Shown piece by piece: positions 47,288 through 57,590 of a stretch of 64,000 bases of DNA. The stretch lies in the NCBI GenBank assembly GCA_963816145.1, contig CAWFJP010000005.1, forward strand, positions 1 through 64,000. Reading direction: 5' to 3'. The notes below the pieces were generated by a model that was given only the letters and a program-made list of their open reading frames with translations, was not told the origin of the DNA and made no database searches. Source of the stretch: an uncultured delta proteobacterium. GTDB taxonomy: Bacteria; Desulfobacterota; Binatia; UBA9968. Numbering within the stretch: the stretch's first letter is position 1; every line of letters starts with the position of its first letter. The translations under genes were made by a program, and so were the position numbers.

Positions 47288-48199
47288 ATGGACCGCTTTC
47301 GCACCATGCAGAGCTTCGTTGAAGTCATCAAACTTGGCAGCCTCTCCGAGGCCGCGAAGCTGCTCGGGCTCTCGCGCGCATTGGTTTCGCGTCACGTGAC
47401 GGATCTGGAAAAGCACCTGGGAGTTCGGCTGCTGACCCGGACGACGCGGCGTATCACGCTGACCGAGGCCGGCGCGGCGCATTTTAATTTTTGCCAGCGG
47501 CTCATTCAGGAAACCGAAGAACAAGAATCCTCTCTCAAGCGGATGCAAAAGGAGCCGGCGGGCGCGCTCAAAATACTTGCGCCAAAATCGCTGACCACAT
47601 TGGCGCTCGGCGATGCGATCGCTAGTTTCGCCGCAGCCTATCCACACCTTAATATCAACCTGATGCTCGACGACCTTTCGTTTCGCAGCTATGATTTTAT
47701 CGAACGCGGATTCGACGTCGCGGTGCATACGACGCCAATTCGCGAATCGAGCTTGGTCGCCAGAAAAATTGCCAACTTGCGTTGGCTGCTTTGCGCGTCG
47801 CCCAATTATCTCACGCAGCATGATGAGCCGCGTCGGCCGAGAGATCTCACCCGACATCAATGTCTAGTCCATATTAACTCGGACCCAAGCGACCGAGTTT
47901 GGCGACTTCGCGACGGGGCGGGCGTCACTTCCGTGAAAGTTCAGGGGTCATTTGCCTCGAATAGCGTGCTCGTGCTGCGTAAAGCTGCGCTTGAGTCGCT
48001 GGGTATCGCGATTTTACCCCTCTATTGTGTCAAAGAAGATCTCAGAAGCGGCGCTTTGCGCGAAGTCCTAACTCACTTCCCTATCCCGGTGCACCCTCTG
48101 TCTCTGGTCTTCTCACCTGGGAAACCAACGCCGCAAAAAATTCGCTCGCTGGGGGACTTCCTCGTAGAGTGGTTTCGTAAGCATCCGATACCGCAGTAG
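47288..48199 (+). CDS. LysR family transcriptional regulator (CrgA-like)
   Basis: GSLSEAA..LSRALVSRHV.DLEKHLGVRLLTRTTRRITLTEAG HTH; GFDVAV; ASPNYL. Confidence 0.95.
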   Translation: MDRFRTMQSFVEVIKLGSLSEAAKLLGLSRALVSRHVTDLEKHLGVRLLTRTTRRITLTEAGAAHFNFCQRLIQETEEQESSLKRMQKEPAGALKILAPKSLTTLALGDAIASFAAAYPHLNINLMLDDLSFRSYDFIERGFDVAVHTTPIRESSLVARKIANLRWLLCASPNYLTQHDEPRRPRDLTRHQCLVHINSDPSDRVWRLRDGAGVTSVKVQGSFASNSVLVLRKAALESLGIAILPLYCVKEDLRSGALREVLTHFPIPVHPLSLVFSPGKPTPQKIRSLGDFLVEWFRKHPIPQ

Positions 48200-48237
48200 A
48201 TCTCGTAGGCTCAGCAGATCCAATAGTTTGTTCGCGA

Positions 48238-48807
48238 TTAGCCATAGGCCAACGCACGGCGAAAATTTTCCCGGTGCATTCGTGCTGGCCAACCTCGCGG
48301 AAGTCTTCTGGATAGATTTCGCCAGTTTCGACTTTGAGGTCGACGAAAAGCGGCCCTTCTCCTTTGAGCAGGTCAGGCAGCTTGCTTTCCCACTCGGCGA
48401 GATCGGCAATCTCGTAGGTCTCGACGATACCCCGCGGTTTTAGCCAGCTCGGCAAAACGTATTCGCCCTGCGCGCGGGATGGGCACGGAGCCGTTGGTTT
48501 CGTAGCAGCCGTTTTCGCACAGGCAATGAACTAAGTTCGTCGGCGCTTGATTTGCTATCGTCACCAAGCTGCCGAGATTCATCAGCAAGCTTCCGTCGCC
48601 GTCGAATAAAATCACCCGTCTATCCGGGCGGCCCAGTGCCAAACCCAATGCGTGCGAAGAACCCTGACCCATTGCGCCGACGAAGGTGTAATTCAGATCG
48701 CTGGGGGAGATATGCGTGATCTCCTGCGCCGCCGTGTAGACTGCGACGACGATCTCATCCCTGCGTTGGCGCGCGAACGCATTGAACATTTCGTCCCGTT
48801 TCATCAT
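48238..48807 (-). pseudogene. TPP-binding beta subunit, ComE/phosphonopyruvate decarboxylase-like, frameshifted near 3' end
   Basis: GAMGQGSSHALGLALG, FDGDGSLLMNLGSL, ENGCYE; continuation GEGPLFVDLKV in another frame. Confidence 0.75.
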
Positions 48808-48863
48808 TGCCTATGCGACTCCCTTCCGATCAGAACTGCCTCCCCGAGGACGAAACGTAGAGG

Positions 48864-49998
48864 TTATCCCCAAACATCATGGGCCACGTTGACGACTAGG
48901 GACAGTTTGGCAAGCTCGGCTTCGACGGTGATGTTGTTGCCTAAAACCGTGCTGGAAAAGCCGCATTGAGGGACTGAGCGCTAGCTGGTTCGAAGGGAAC
49001 GATAGCGGCTCGCTTCGTCGATGCGCCGTTTGATATCCTCGGCACTTCTCCAGATCGCCGGTCTTGGAGGTAACCAAGCCGAGCACGATCTTCAAATCCC
49101 TTGGCACGAAGCGCAGCGGCGAAAAGCTTCCGGCTCGCGGCGAGTCATATTCCAGAAAAAAGCCGTCGAGCTTAAACTCGTTGAATAGGATTTCCGCCAC
49201 TGGATCGTAGCCGCCTTCGGCCGCCCAGGCGCTGCGGAAGTTGCCTCTGCAGATATGCATGCAGACCGTCATGTTGGCGGGACGATCCTTAATGCATTCG
49301 TTTATGAGTCGGGCATAGGTTAGCGGCAGTTGGTTTGGGTCTTCGCCGATATGACGGACGCCGTCGCGCATCTTTTCGTCGCAGAGATAGGCCAGATTCG
49401 GATCGTCAAGCTGGAGATAGGTGCAACCAAGATCTGCCAACGCGTGAATTTCCTCTCGATATACTCGCGCCAGGTCCGCGTAGAAACCGTCCATGTCGGG
49501 ATAGGCTTGTCTATCGATGGCGTCGCGGCCGCCGCGCATGTGCAATATCGTCGGCGACGGAATACAGATTTTTGGCGTTCGATGGGTCACCGAGGCCAAG
49601 TACTTGAAATTATCGGTCTCGATGCCGTGGCTGCGTTTGAGGCCTGCGGCAACTTCAAATCTGGTCGGCTTTCGCTCGATTTCTTCGTCCCCGGACTGAA
49701 ATTTTCTGACTACTCCGCTTTCATTCGCCACGCCTTCCTTGACGATCACCCCGTTGATCTGGCGAAGAAAGTCCGCGTGCCAAATGGTTCGGCGATACTC
49801 GCCGTCGGTAATGCTCTGGAGGCCGATGTCCTCTTGCATCTTAACGACATCGCGAATGCAACGATCTTCGATTTGGCGCAATTCAGCAGCCGACAATTCG
49901 CCAGTCTGCCGACGTTCGCGAGCCTGTAAGAGCTCTTGCGGGCGCAGCAAGCTACCGACGTGGTCGGCGCGAAAGGGCGTTTTCTTGATATCAGCCAT
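48864..49998 (-). pseudogene. Cobalamin-independent methionine synthase II-like (single-domain MetE-C) protein, frameshifts at 3' end
   Basis: FRADHVGSLLRP, TDGEYRR, YLQLDDP, HICRGN, FLEYDSPRAG, VLGLVTSK; QCGFSS recovered after a frameshift. Confidence 0.85.
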
Positions 49999-50237
49999 CG
50001 CCTTCTCTCCTGTATTCGATTTTGTGATCGTCACCGAACCATATGACTGGCCGATACTAGTGGTTTTCCATGCGGAACGGGAAGACCACGGAGACTCAAT
50101 GCTAGGTTGCAGAGTTTTAACGAATCAGCGCGATTGCCAACCCCTCTATGCTTGGCCGTTGGAGATCTCAGCACTCAATCCGGGGCACGGTCGAGTACAG
50201 ATTAGAACGAAGGGGTCGCTTATTTTCGGCTGATGGG

Positions 50238-50666
50238 TTATTTGCCCAACGCCGCTGCTGCGGTTTGCGCGACGTCGATGTCCTTGCCACCCGCGCCGCT
50301 GACGGCGACGGCGCCGACGATTTCCCCTTCGGAGAAGAGCGGAAAGCCGCCTTCGATGGTCACGAACGAATCGGTGCCGGCAGCCAATGTGATGGCCAGA
50401 GCGTGATGATCGCTCCTTTCGTTACCGGTGGGGCTTTTCTTGCCCGAGGGGAATCTGGTCAACGCCGCGCTCTTCGCCTTCGTCTGGGCGATCGCAATCG
50501 AGTAGAGCTCGGCCTTTTCGGAGCGCGTAAAGGCGATCAGATGTCCGCCGTCGTCGACCACAGCGATGCTGACATGACAATTCAGCGCGTGCGCTCTCTC
50601 GACCGCGCTATTGAGCACCTTCATCGCGCCTTCGCGCGTTAATTTTCTCGAAGTAATCGTATCCAT
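50238..50666 (-). CDS. GlcG/HbpS family heme-binding protein
   Basis: IAVVDDGGHLIAF, IAQTKAKSA, GGFPL, VGAVAVSG. Confidence 0.9.
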   Translation of the reverse strand: MDTITSRKLTREGAMKVLNSAVERAHALNCHVSIAVVDDGGHLIAFTRSEKAELYSIAIAQTKAKSAALTRFPSGKKSPTGNERSDHHALAITLAAGTDSFVTIEGGFPLFSEGEIVGAVAVSGAGGKDIDVAQTAAAALGK

Positions 50667-50883
50667 GAATTCTCCCCTCTGGTTCTTTAGTCCGCGACTT
50701 CCAAGGCCATTGGAACTTTTACAACAGGATCACAAAAAACACGAACGATGCCAGCGCTCACTGGTTACTTTGCTGCAACAGTGGTTTTAACGATCACGCG
50801 TGCCATACCATAAAATTCGCTGGCGCGATGAACGCCGTCAGTGATAGCCTGAGAGCGATCGAAGCCAAGGAGCTAGGCACATT

Positions 50884-51549
50884 ATGGAACAAAGAAAAGA
50901 TCGGCGCGCGGTGGGCGTCAAAGTCCTACCCGAAGGGGTCGAAGAGTATTGCGAACGGCATACCACGGCGCTCACGGAGCTGCACGAGAGGTTACTACGC
51001 GAAACCGAAGAGAAAACCGCCACGGCGAATTTTCTGGTCGGCGAGATCGAGGGCGCTTTTCTCAAGATGCTGGTGCGCATGACCCAAGCCAAAAAAATCC
51101 TCGAAGTCGGCATGTTTACCGGCTACAGCGCGCTGTCGTTTGCCGAGGCATTGCCCGCCGACGGTTCCATTGTCACTTGCGAGCTAGATCCTCACGCCGT
51201 CGAAATCGCACGGCATTTCTTTGCCCAGAGTCCACACGGGAAAAAAATCGAAATTAGAGAGGGCAGGGCGGCGGACACTTTGAAAACGCTCCACGGTCCC
51301 TTCGATCTCTGCTTCATCGACGCCGATAAACCGAGTTACGATTACTACTACGATCGTTGTGTGGAGTTAGTGCGCAAGGGCGGGCTCATCGTGCTCGACA
51401 ATATGCTGCGCTATGGGCGGGTGTTGAATCCGGTCGAAGAAGACGCCCGGATCGTCAATGTTTTGAATGGGCGAATTCACAACGACCCGAGAGTAGAAAA
51501 CGTGCTGCTGCCGTTTCGCGACGGCATCATGCTGGCGTACAAATTATAA
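50884..51549 (+). CDS. Caffeoyl-CoA-type O-methyltransferase (class I SAM)
   Basis: ILEVGMFTGYSAL, FDLCFIDADK, VLDNML, LPFRDG. Confidence 0.93.
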   Translation: MEQRKDRRAVGVKVLPEGVEEYCERHTTALTELHERLLRETEEKTATANFLVGEIEGAFLKMLVRMTQAKKILEVGMFTGYSALSFAEALPADGSIVTCELDPHAVEIARHFFAQSPHGKKIEIREGRAADTLKTLHGPFDLCFIDADKPSYDYYYDRCVELVRKGGLIVLDNMLRYGRVLNPVEEDARIVNVLNGRIHNDPRVENVLLPFRDGIMLAYKL

Positions 51550-51582
51550 ACCGGCAGCCCGCAAGGAATCACGAGGTAGATT

Positions 51583-52614
51583 ATGGCCGGATCTAAAGTG
51601 ATCGATGCCGACGGGCATATCATCGAACGCACCGACGAATTGCGCAAATATTTAAAATCTCCGTTCGACAAACGCGGCGGGCCGCTGACCGCGTCGGAGC
51701 CCTGGGACCGGGATCTCCGGCAAACCTTGCCTCCCGAGCCGCGGAATTTTCCCAGCGCGCCGAGCGCGCAAGACTGGTTGCGTTTGTTGGATGACCATGG
51801 CATCGAGCAGGCGTTCCTGTACCCGACCGCGATGGGCAATGTGTCGCGCATCCGCGAGCCCGACTACGCTGTGGCGCTGTGCGAGGCCTATAACGACTAT
51901 GTTCACGATCAGTACGCGAAAGTCTCAAACCGGTTGAGACCGGTCGCGCTGCTGCCCTTTCAAGACCCGGAACGAGCGGTGATCGAACTGCGCCGGGCGG
52001 TGCGCGACTATGGCTGCCGTGCCGCGGTGGTTCGCACGACGGGATTGCGCTTGCCGCTGGGCCACAAGTTTTACGATCCGATTTACCGGGAAGCCGAGAG
52101 TCTAGGCTGCGCGCTGGCGGTGCATGGTACGAATGGCGCCGAAGAGCTGGCTTCGGGATCTTTTGAAACCTTCACCGAAGTTCACACCGTATCTTTTCCG
52201 GTGGGAATGTTCGTCCAGTTTTCTAACATGATCTATCAGGGCGTGCCGGCGCGCTTCCCCAAATTGCGATTGGTTTTTCTTGAGATTGGTTCCACTTGGC
52301 TGCCCTACTGGCTGGACCGTATGGATGAACACTGGGTGAAGCGCGGCAAGATCGAAACGCCGTCGCTGAAGCAAAGACCGAGCGATTGCGTGCGCGAACA
52401 TCCGGTCTTTTTTAGCTACGAAGCCGAGGAGACGTTGCTGCCCGAAACTTTCCGTTACGTCGGCGAGAATCATTTCGTTTACGCGACGGATATTCCGCAC
52501 TGGGATTGTGAGTTTCCGGAAAACTTGCACCATACCCAAAAGCACAACGATCTTTCAGACGAAACCAAGAAGAAGCTCCTGTACGAGAACGCCAAGGCGC
52601 TCTACGCTATTTAG
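51583..52614 (+). CDS. Amidohydrolase family protein (Amidohydro_2)
   Basis: IDADGH, AYNDY, FLEIGSTW, ATDIPHWD. Confidence 0.93.
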   Translation: MAGSKVIDADGHIIERTDELRKYLKSPFDKRGGPLTASEPWDRDLRQTLPPEPRNFPSAPSAQDWLRLLDDHGIEQAFLYPTAMGNVSRIREPDYAVALCEAYNDYVHDQYAKVSNRLRPVALLPFQDPERAVIELRRAVRDYGCRAAVVRTTGLRLPLGHKFYDPIYREAESLGCALAVHGTNGAEELASGSFETFTEVHTVSFPVGMFVQFSNMIYQGVPARFPKLRLVFLEIGSTWLPYWLDRMDEHWVKRGKIETPSLKQRPSDCVREHPVFFSYEAEETLLPETFRYVGENHFVYATDIPHWDCEFPENLHHTQKHNDLSDETKKKLLYENAKALYAI

Positions 52615-52627
52615 TAATTCCAGCGTT

Positions 52628-54307
52628 CTATTGAATTGAAGCCTCGGGTCCGGTTTGCGCGAGGGATTCCTTCAATAGGTAGCGCTGAATCTTTCCCGCG
52701 CCGCTCATGGGCCAATCCTGAACGAAGATCACTTTGCGCGGCACTTTGAAGCTGGCTAAGTGGGCCCGACAGTGGTCGACGAGCTCCTTCTCGTTGCTCT
52801 GCCGCCCTGTCTTCAACTCTACGAAGACCGCTACGACTTCAGCTAAACGCGGATCGGCCATGCCGATGGCAACCGCTTGCTTTACGGCGTCATGCTTAAG
52901 TAGCGCAGCTTCAATCTCCGCTGCCGCGACATTTTCGCCGCCGACCCGGATCATATCCTTGATGCGGCCCACCAGCCGTAGGCAGCCGTCGGTGCCGATG
53001 ACGCCCATGTCTCCCGTGCGAAACCAACCCGTTTCGTCGATCGTCTCGGCGGTTTTCTGCGGGTCGTCGTAGTAGCCTTTAGTGACGCACCAACCTTTAA
53101 AACAAACTTCGCCGGGCTCGCCTCGGCGTAAGAATCCTTTGCCCTCCGGCTGTCGAATGCCGATCTCGACGCCGGGCATGGCTTTCCCCACGGTAGTCAT
53201 TCGCAATTCCAAAGGATCGTCCAAATCGCATGCGGTGCCGCCGATATGAGTTTCCGTAAGCCCGTAAGGGCTGATGAGTTTTTTTATGCCCATCTCGTCG
53301 TGGACCCGCTTGTTGACCTCCGGGCTGGCGAAAATCATGCCTTTTTCGAGGACAAGCTTTCGCTTCTTCAGATCGGGGTGGTTGAGATATTCGATATAGT
53401 GCGGCTGGTGGCCCATTAGCACGTTGCATCGATGACGTTCCATTAGCTCCAAGGCTTCGCCGGCATCGAAATAGGGCTGCACGATCATCGTGCAGCCGGA
53501 GACCACCGGCGTGAGCATCACCTGGATCGAACCGCCGACGTGGAAAAATGGTTGCGGGCTGAAGAATCGATCGGACTCGGTCAGTTTCAGCGCCCGGCAG
53601 CCGCACTGGGCGCCGCGCAGCATTGCCGCTTGAAACAGCATCGCGCCCTTGGGCAGCGCCGTGGTGCCGGAAGTGAACTGAATCATGGCGATGTCATCGG
53701 CTCTGACCTTTTCCTCGGCCTGGCGCAAAGTGTTTTCAGAAACCTCGGCGCCGAGCGATTTTAATTCCTCGAATGAGAGCCAGCCTGCCGAACTTCGGGG
53801 CGAAGTAACGACGATTCTTTTGAGATTGGGAAGATTTTGGTTGGGCAGCGCGTCAGCCGCATGGCCGGCTCCAGGGCAGAGTTCTCTGAGCAAACTGAAA
53901 TAGTCTTTTATCGGCTCATCTTTCAAAACCAGTAGAGACGCCCGCGATTTGTTGAGCACATATTCGATTTCTTCGGGCCGGTAGCGGGTGTTGACGGGCA
54001 CGATGACCGCGCCAATGCGCATGAGTGCGAAGTAAACCAACGCCCATTCCGAATAGCCGGCCATCCAAATCGCGACTTTGTCGCCCTTGCCGACACCGAG
54101 TTGGAGGAAGCCTCGCGCGATCAAATCGGCAGTTTGTTTGAGCTGGTTGTAGGTGACCGCGCCGTTGTGGAACACGGTGGCGACTCGGTCGCCGTATTTC
54201 CGTGCTGCCTCGTCGAGCGCCAAACCTATGGTTTTAGCCGGCCAGTTTTCGTCCCACATTTCATGAACCTTGTTTTTTCCGACGGTGATTCCTTCACTTG
54301 GCGGCAT
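52628..54307 (-). CDS. AMP-binding acyl-CoA synthetase
   Basis: FTSGTTALPKG, YGLTE, GWFRTGD, GRIKDMIRVGGENV, SGAGKIQ. Confidence 0.94.
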   Translation of the reverse strand: MPPSEGITVGKNKVHEMWDENWPAKTIGLALDEAARKYGDRVATVFHNGAVTYNQLKQTADLIARGFLQLGVGKGDKVAIWMAGYSEWALVYFALMRIGAVIVPVNTRYRPEEIEYVLNKSRASLLVLKDEPIKDYFSLLRELCPGAGHAADALPNQNLPNLKRIVVTSPRSSAGWLSFEELKSLGAEVSENTLRQAEEKVRADDIAMIQFTSGTTALPKGAMLFQAAMLRGAQCGCRALKLTESDRFFSPQPFFHVGGSIQVMLTPVVSGCTMIVQPYFDAGEALELMERHRCNVLMGHQPHYIEYLNHPDLKKRKLVLEKGMIFASPEVNKRVHDEMGIKKLISPYGLTETHIGGTACDLDDPLELRMTTVGKAMPGVEIGIRQPEGKGFLRRGEPGEVCFKGWCVTKGYYDDPQKTAETIDETGWFRTGDMGVIGTDGCLRLVGRIKDMIRVGGENVAAAEIEAALLKHDAVKQAVAIGMADPRLAEVVAVFVELKTGRQSNEKELVDHCRAHLASFKVPRKVIFVQDWPMSGAGKIQRYLLKESLAQTGPEASIQ

Positions 54308-54526
54308 CTATCTATCGCCGACCTGGATCAAAAGCAATGACGATTTGAACGACGAGCGAAACAATTAACCGGATCGCGCTGGTCGCCGCGTTGACTCTCC
54401 TGTCGCGCATCGGCAAGTAATATACTTTCGATTGAACTCGGACGACTCATCGGGATACATTAGCAACTCGCGCGAGGCGAGTTTTACCTCTGCGGCAAAA
54501 AACTCTCTAAATGATGGAGGCGAACC

Positions 54527-55477
54527 ATGTCCAACCCAAAGTTACGATTTTATTTTCGTGAACCGACGATCGACACCAATATCCCGATCACCGACGGCAC
54601 GGTCAAGATCGAGGGCTTTGATTGGGAATTCGTTCCCACCGAAGAGGAGTGCGATGCCTGGGACTGCGGCTTTGCCGCTCGGGTGCGCGCTTATGCCAAA
54701 GGCGAGGCGCATATTTCGATCCCGGCGTTTCCCAACCGGAAATTCCGTTTGGCTTATATATACGTCAACAGCAAAGCCGGCATCGAGTCGGCGAAAGGGT
54801 TGGAAGGACGACGCGTCGGCATCATGCAGTGGGACAACACCGCCGGCGTCTGGGCGCGCGGCGCGCTGCAACATTATTACGGCGTCGATTTGACCAAGAT
54901 CAATTGGTGCTCGCCGCGGGCGAAAAAGATGGCGCTGGTTGAAGGCATTCGCATCGAGCAAATAAGTTCCGACGACGATCCGGATCTGCTGCTCGACAAT
55001 ATGCTTTGCGACGGCAAGATCGACGCGGTCATCGGCCCCAACGTGCTGCCATCGATCACCGCGCGCGATTCGCGCACGCGCCGGCTGTTCCGTGACTTTC
55101 GCAAAGAAGAGCAGGAGTATTACCGCAAGACGAAGATATTTCCGACCAGCCACATCGTGACGTTGAAGCAGGCGTTCGTCGACAAACATCCCAACGCACC
55201 GGTGGCGCTGCTCAAAGCATTTCGCAAATCTCGCGACGTCGCATTCGATCGGCTGATCGGCCCCGATCCGCAAGTGATCGCCTATTCGTGGATCGCCGCC
55301 GCGGTGGCCGAACAGCGCGAGCTGATGGGTGACGACTACTGGGCGTATAACATTCCCAACAACGTGCGCGAGTTGGAAGCGATGACCCAATACGCGCACG
55401 AACAGGGCCTGTCGCCGACCCGCATCGACTACCGGAGATTTTTTCACCCGGAAGCGGCGGCTCTGGCGGGATTTTGA
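54527..55477 (+). CDS. 4,5-dihydroxyphthalate decarboxylase-like protein (SBP fold, no signal peptide)
   Basis: DGTVKIEG, IPAFPNRKFR, LEGRRVG, TAGVWARG, IFPTSHIV, LMGDDYW, YAHEQGL. Confidence 0.8.
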   Translation: MSNPKLRFYFREPTIDTNIPITDGTVKIEGFDWEFVPTEEECDAWDCGFAARVRAYAKGEAHISIPAFPNRKFRLAYIYVNSKAGIESAKGLEGRRVGIMQWDNTAGVWARGALQHYYGVDLTKINWCSPRAKKMALVEGIRIEQISSDDDPDLLLDNMLCDGKIDAVIGPNVLPSITARDSRTRRLFRDFRKEEQEYYRKTKIFPTSHIVTLKQAFVDKHPNAPVALLKAFRKSRDVAFDRLIGPDPQVIAYSWIAAAVAEQRELMGDDYWAYNIPNNVRELEAMTQYAHEQGLSPTRIDYRRFFHPEAAALAGF

Positions 55478-55518
55478 ACTCGCGTAAATAGAGAGCGGAA
55501 CGAAGCCTGCGCGATTGT

Positions 55519-55541
55519 GTAGGGGCGACCGGCGGTCGCCC
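55519..55541 (+). repeat. GTAG REP upstream of RAYT
   Basis: GTAGGGGCGACCGGCGGTCGCCC. Confidence 0.92.
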
Positions 55542-55555
55542 TCTTTTTCTAAATC

Positions 55556-56119
55556 ATGACGACAATTTCACCCGAAACAAGACGCCGTCAGTCGATTCGT
55601 TTACAGAATTACGACTATTCCCTGGCTGGCGCGTATTTCATCACGATCGTGACACAAGGTCGAAAATGTTTGTTCGGAGAAATCGTCGAAGGGGAATTCC
55701 GCTCTAATGCTTGCGGTCAAATAGTTCAGTATGAATGGGAGAGATCAGCGCAGATACGAACAGAAATAGAACTGGATGCCTTCGTTGTGATGCCCAATCA
55801 CATTCACGGTGTTATTGTCATTTCCGAGGCGATGGGGAGGGCGACCGGCCGGTCGCCCCTACAATCCGGGCCATCCCGGCGGTCGTTAGGTGCGTTTGTC
55901 GGTGGGTTCAAAGCGGTTATCACTAAACGCTTCAATGCACTACGTGGCTCGCCTGGCACGCCGGTCTGGCAGCGCAACTACTTCGAGCACGTTATCCGGA
56001 GCGAAGATTCATTAAAGCGCATCCGCCAGTATATTCTCGATAACCCGGTGCGCTGGGAGTTCGACCGGGAAAACCCGGGTACACTGCATCCAGACGCAAA
56101 GTATACATGGCGCGATTAA
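55556..56119 (+). mobile_element. rayT: REP-associated tyrosine transposase (RAYT, Y1 HUH)
   Basis: RRQSIRL..YDY, YFITIVT, VVMPNHIH (HUH), WQRNYFEHVIR, YILDNP (catalytic Tyr); flanked by GTAG REPs. Confidence 0.93.
55838..55862 (-). repeat. GTAG REP inside the RAYT coding sequence
   Basis: Reverse complement GTAGGGGCGACCGGCCGGTCGCCCT, translated as part of GRATGRSPLQ. Confidence 0.92.
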
Positions 56120-56121
56120 CG

Positions 56122-56146
56122 GTAGGGGCGACCGGCGGGTCGCCCT
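56122..56146 (+). repeat. GTAG REP downstream of RAYT
   Basis: GTAGGGGCGACCGGCGGGTCGCCCT, 2 nt after the stop codon. Confidence 0.92.
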
Positions 56147-56168
56147 GTTCGCACAATTGGAGAGATCG

Positions 56169-57221
56169 ATGAAAATTTGTTTGCTATTGTCGATGTACCT
56201 TTTTTCTCTTTTGCCAACGGCGGTGCAAGCGCAGGGTATGAAAGGCCCAACCATTGCCGAGCTTGCAACTTACACCGGCCCCGACCGCGAGCAGATGCTT
56301 GCCGCCGGGGCGAAAAAGGAAGGCAAGATCGTTTGGTACACGGCGTTGGCGGGTAATTCATACCGCGATCTGGCCAAGGCGTTCGAAGCTAAGTATGGCG
56401 TGGCGGTGGAGTCTTACCGGGGCACGAGCAAGGATTTGATCTCGAAATTTCTCGCCGAGGCGCAGGCGAAACGCTATCTGATGGACGTGGCGGAAAGTTC
56501 GTTGCCGCTGCTGATGTTGATGCAGGCGCTCAAACTGATTCAGCCGTTCACCAGTCCGCATATCGGCCGGCTTATTCCCGATGCCAAGGAAGAGGCCGGC
56601 AAGGGCTTGGTCTATTGGGGCACGGTGCGCGAATCCTACATGGGATTCGCTTATAACAAAAACAAACTGCCGGCCAATGCCGTGCCGAAAAACTACGACG
56701 ATCTCTTGAAGCCGGCGCTTAAAGGGCGGATGTCGTTCGTTACTACCGATACCGGCTCACGCACAGTGGGCGGCATGTTGCTAACCAAGGGCGAGGAATA
56801 TCTCAAACGGCTGCGTGGCCAAGAGATCACCATGCACTCGGTTTCCGGCCAGGCGTTGAACGACATGATTGTCGGTGGCGAAGTCGAAGCGTCGCCGACG
56901 ATCTTTCGCAACCACGCCCTAGTGGCGGCGCAGAAGAAAGCGCCGGTGGTGTGGGTGCCTATGGACATCGTGCCGGCCAGCGCCGGCAGCGCCGCACTAT
57001 CATCGCAAGCACCGCATCCATACTCAGCTGTGTTGTTTGTCGACTTTCTATTCAGTTCGGACGGCCAGAAAATACTCGAAGCCTATGATTATGGCAGCCC
57101 GGCGAAGGAGTATGGCTTCAAACGATGGTACGCCGAGAAGGGTTTGAACATTCAGCAACTGGAAAAAGAAGTGGACAAGTGGGAGCGCGGGTTGCGGGAT
57201 CTCGGTCGAAGGCCGAGTTGA
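56169..57221 (+). CDS. Extracellular solute-binding protein, Fe3+/AfuA-like
   Basis: Signal peptide; GAKKEGKIVWYT, PKNYDDLLKP, APHPYSAVLFVDFLFS. Confidence 0.9.
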   Translation: MKICLLLSMYLFSLLPTAVQAQGMKGPTIAELATYTGPDREQMLAAGAKKEGKIVWYTALAGNSYRDLAKAFEAKYGVAVESYRGTSKDLISKFLAEAQAKRYLMDVAESSLPLLMLMQALKLIQPFTSPHIGRLIPDAKEEAGKGLVYWGTVRESYMGFAYNKNKLPANAVPKNYDDLLKPALKGRMSFVTTDTGSRTVGGMLLTKGEEYLKRLRGQEITMHSVSGQALNDMIVGGEVEASPTIFRNHALVAAQKKAPVVWVPMDIVPASAGSAALSSQAPHPYSAVLFVDFLFSSDGQKILEAYDYGSPAKEYGFKRWYAEKGLNIQQLEKEVDKWERGLRDLGRRPS

Positions 57222-57260
57222 GTTCAAAGCGTTCAATCGCTGCGCTCCGTTCAAGTCGTT
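57222..57260. repeat. Family E-like single arm (GTTCAA 9-mers) directly after the SBP stop
   Basis: GTTCAAAGC GTTCAATCG CTGCGCTCC GTTCAAGTC GTT. Confidence 0.65.
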
Positions 57261-57590
57261 AACCTCAGGGTGCTGCCGGCCGGATAGCCGACCATGAAGC
57301 GAATTGCTTTGCCTGGGTCGTTCGGTGTCTGGGCTCGCGGTTTTGCCGATCAACCGAATGACATCAGTATGATTGGTATGAAGATTCGCATGGGCATACC
57401 AGCGGCGCAGTTGCGCTAAACCCGTCAAATTAATGATTGCAGTTCAGTTTATCTTGGTTCGATTCCCACGACCGGGAAGGATTTGTCGTTTCGCTGGAGA
57501 TGACAGCAACTCCCGTTTGACAGTGCGAAGGATGAGATAGTATCGCATGAGGTACGACAGCTTGGCATAAACCTAGAAACGGATGGAATC

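Noticed and set aside
57517-57543. TTGACA...TAGTAT sigma70-like promoter upstream of the SBP
   Set aside because: Spacer is only 15 nt, too weak to call.
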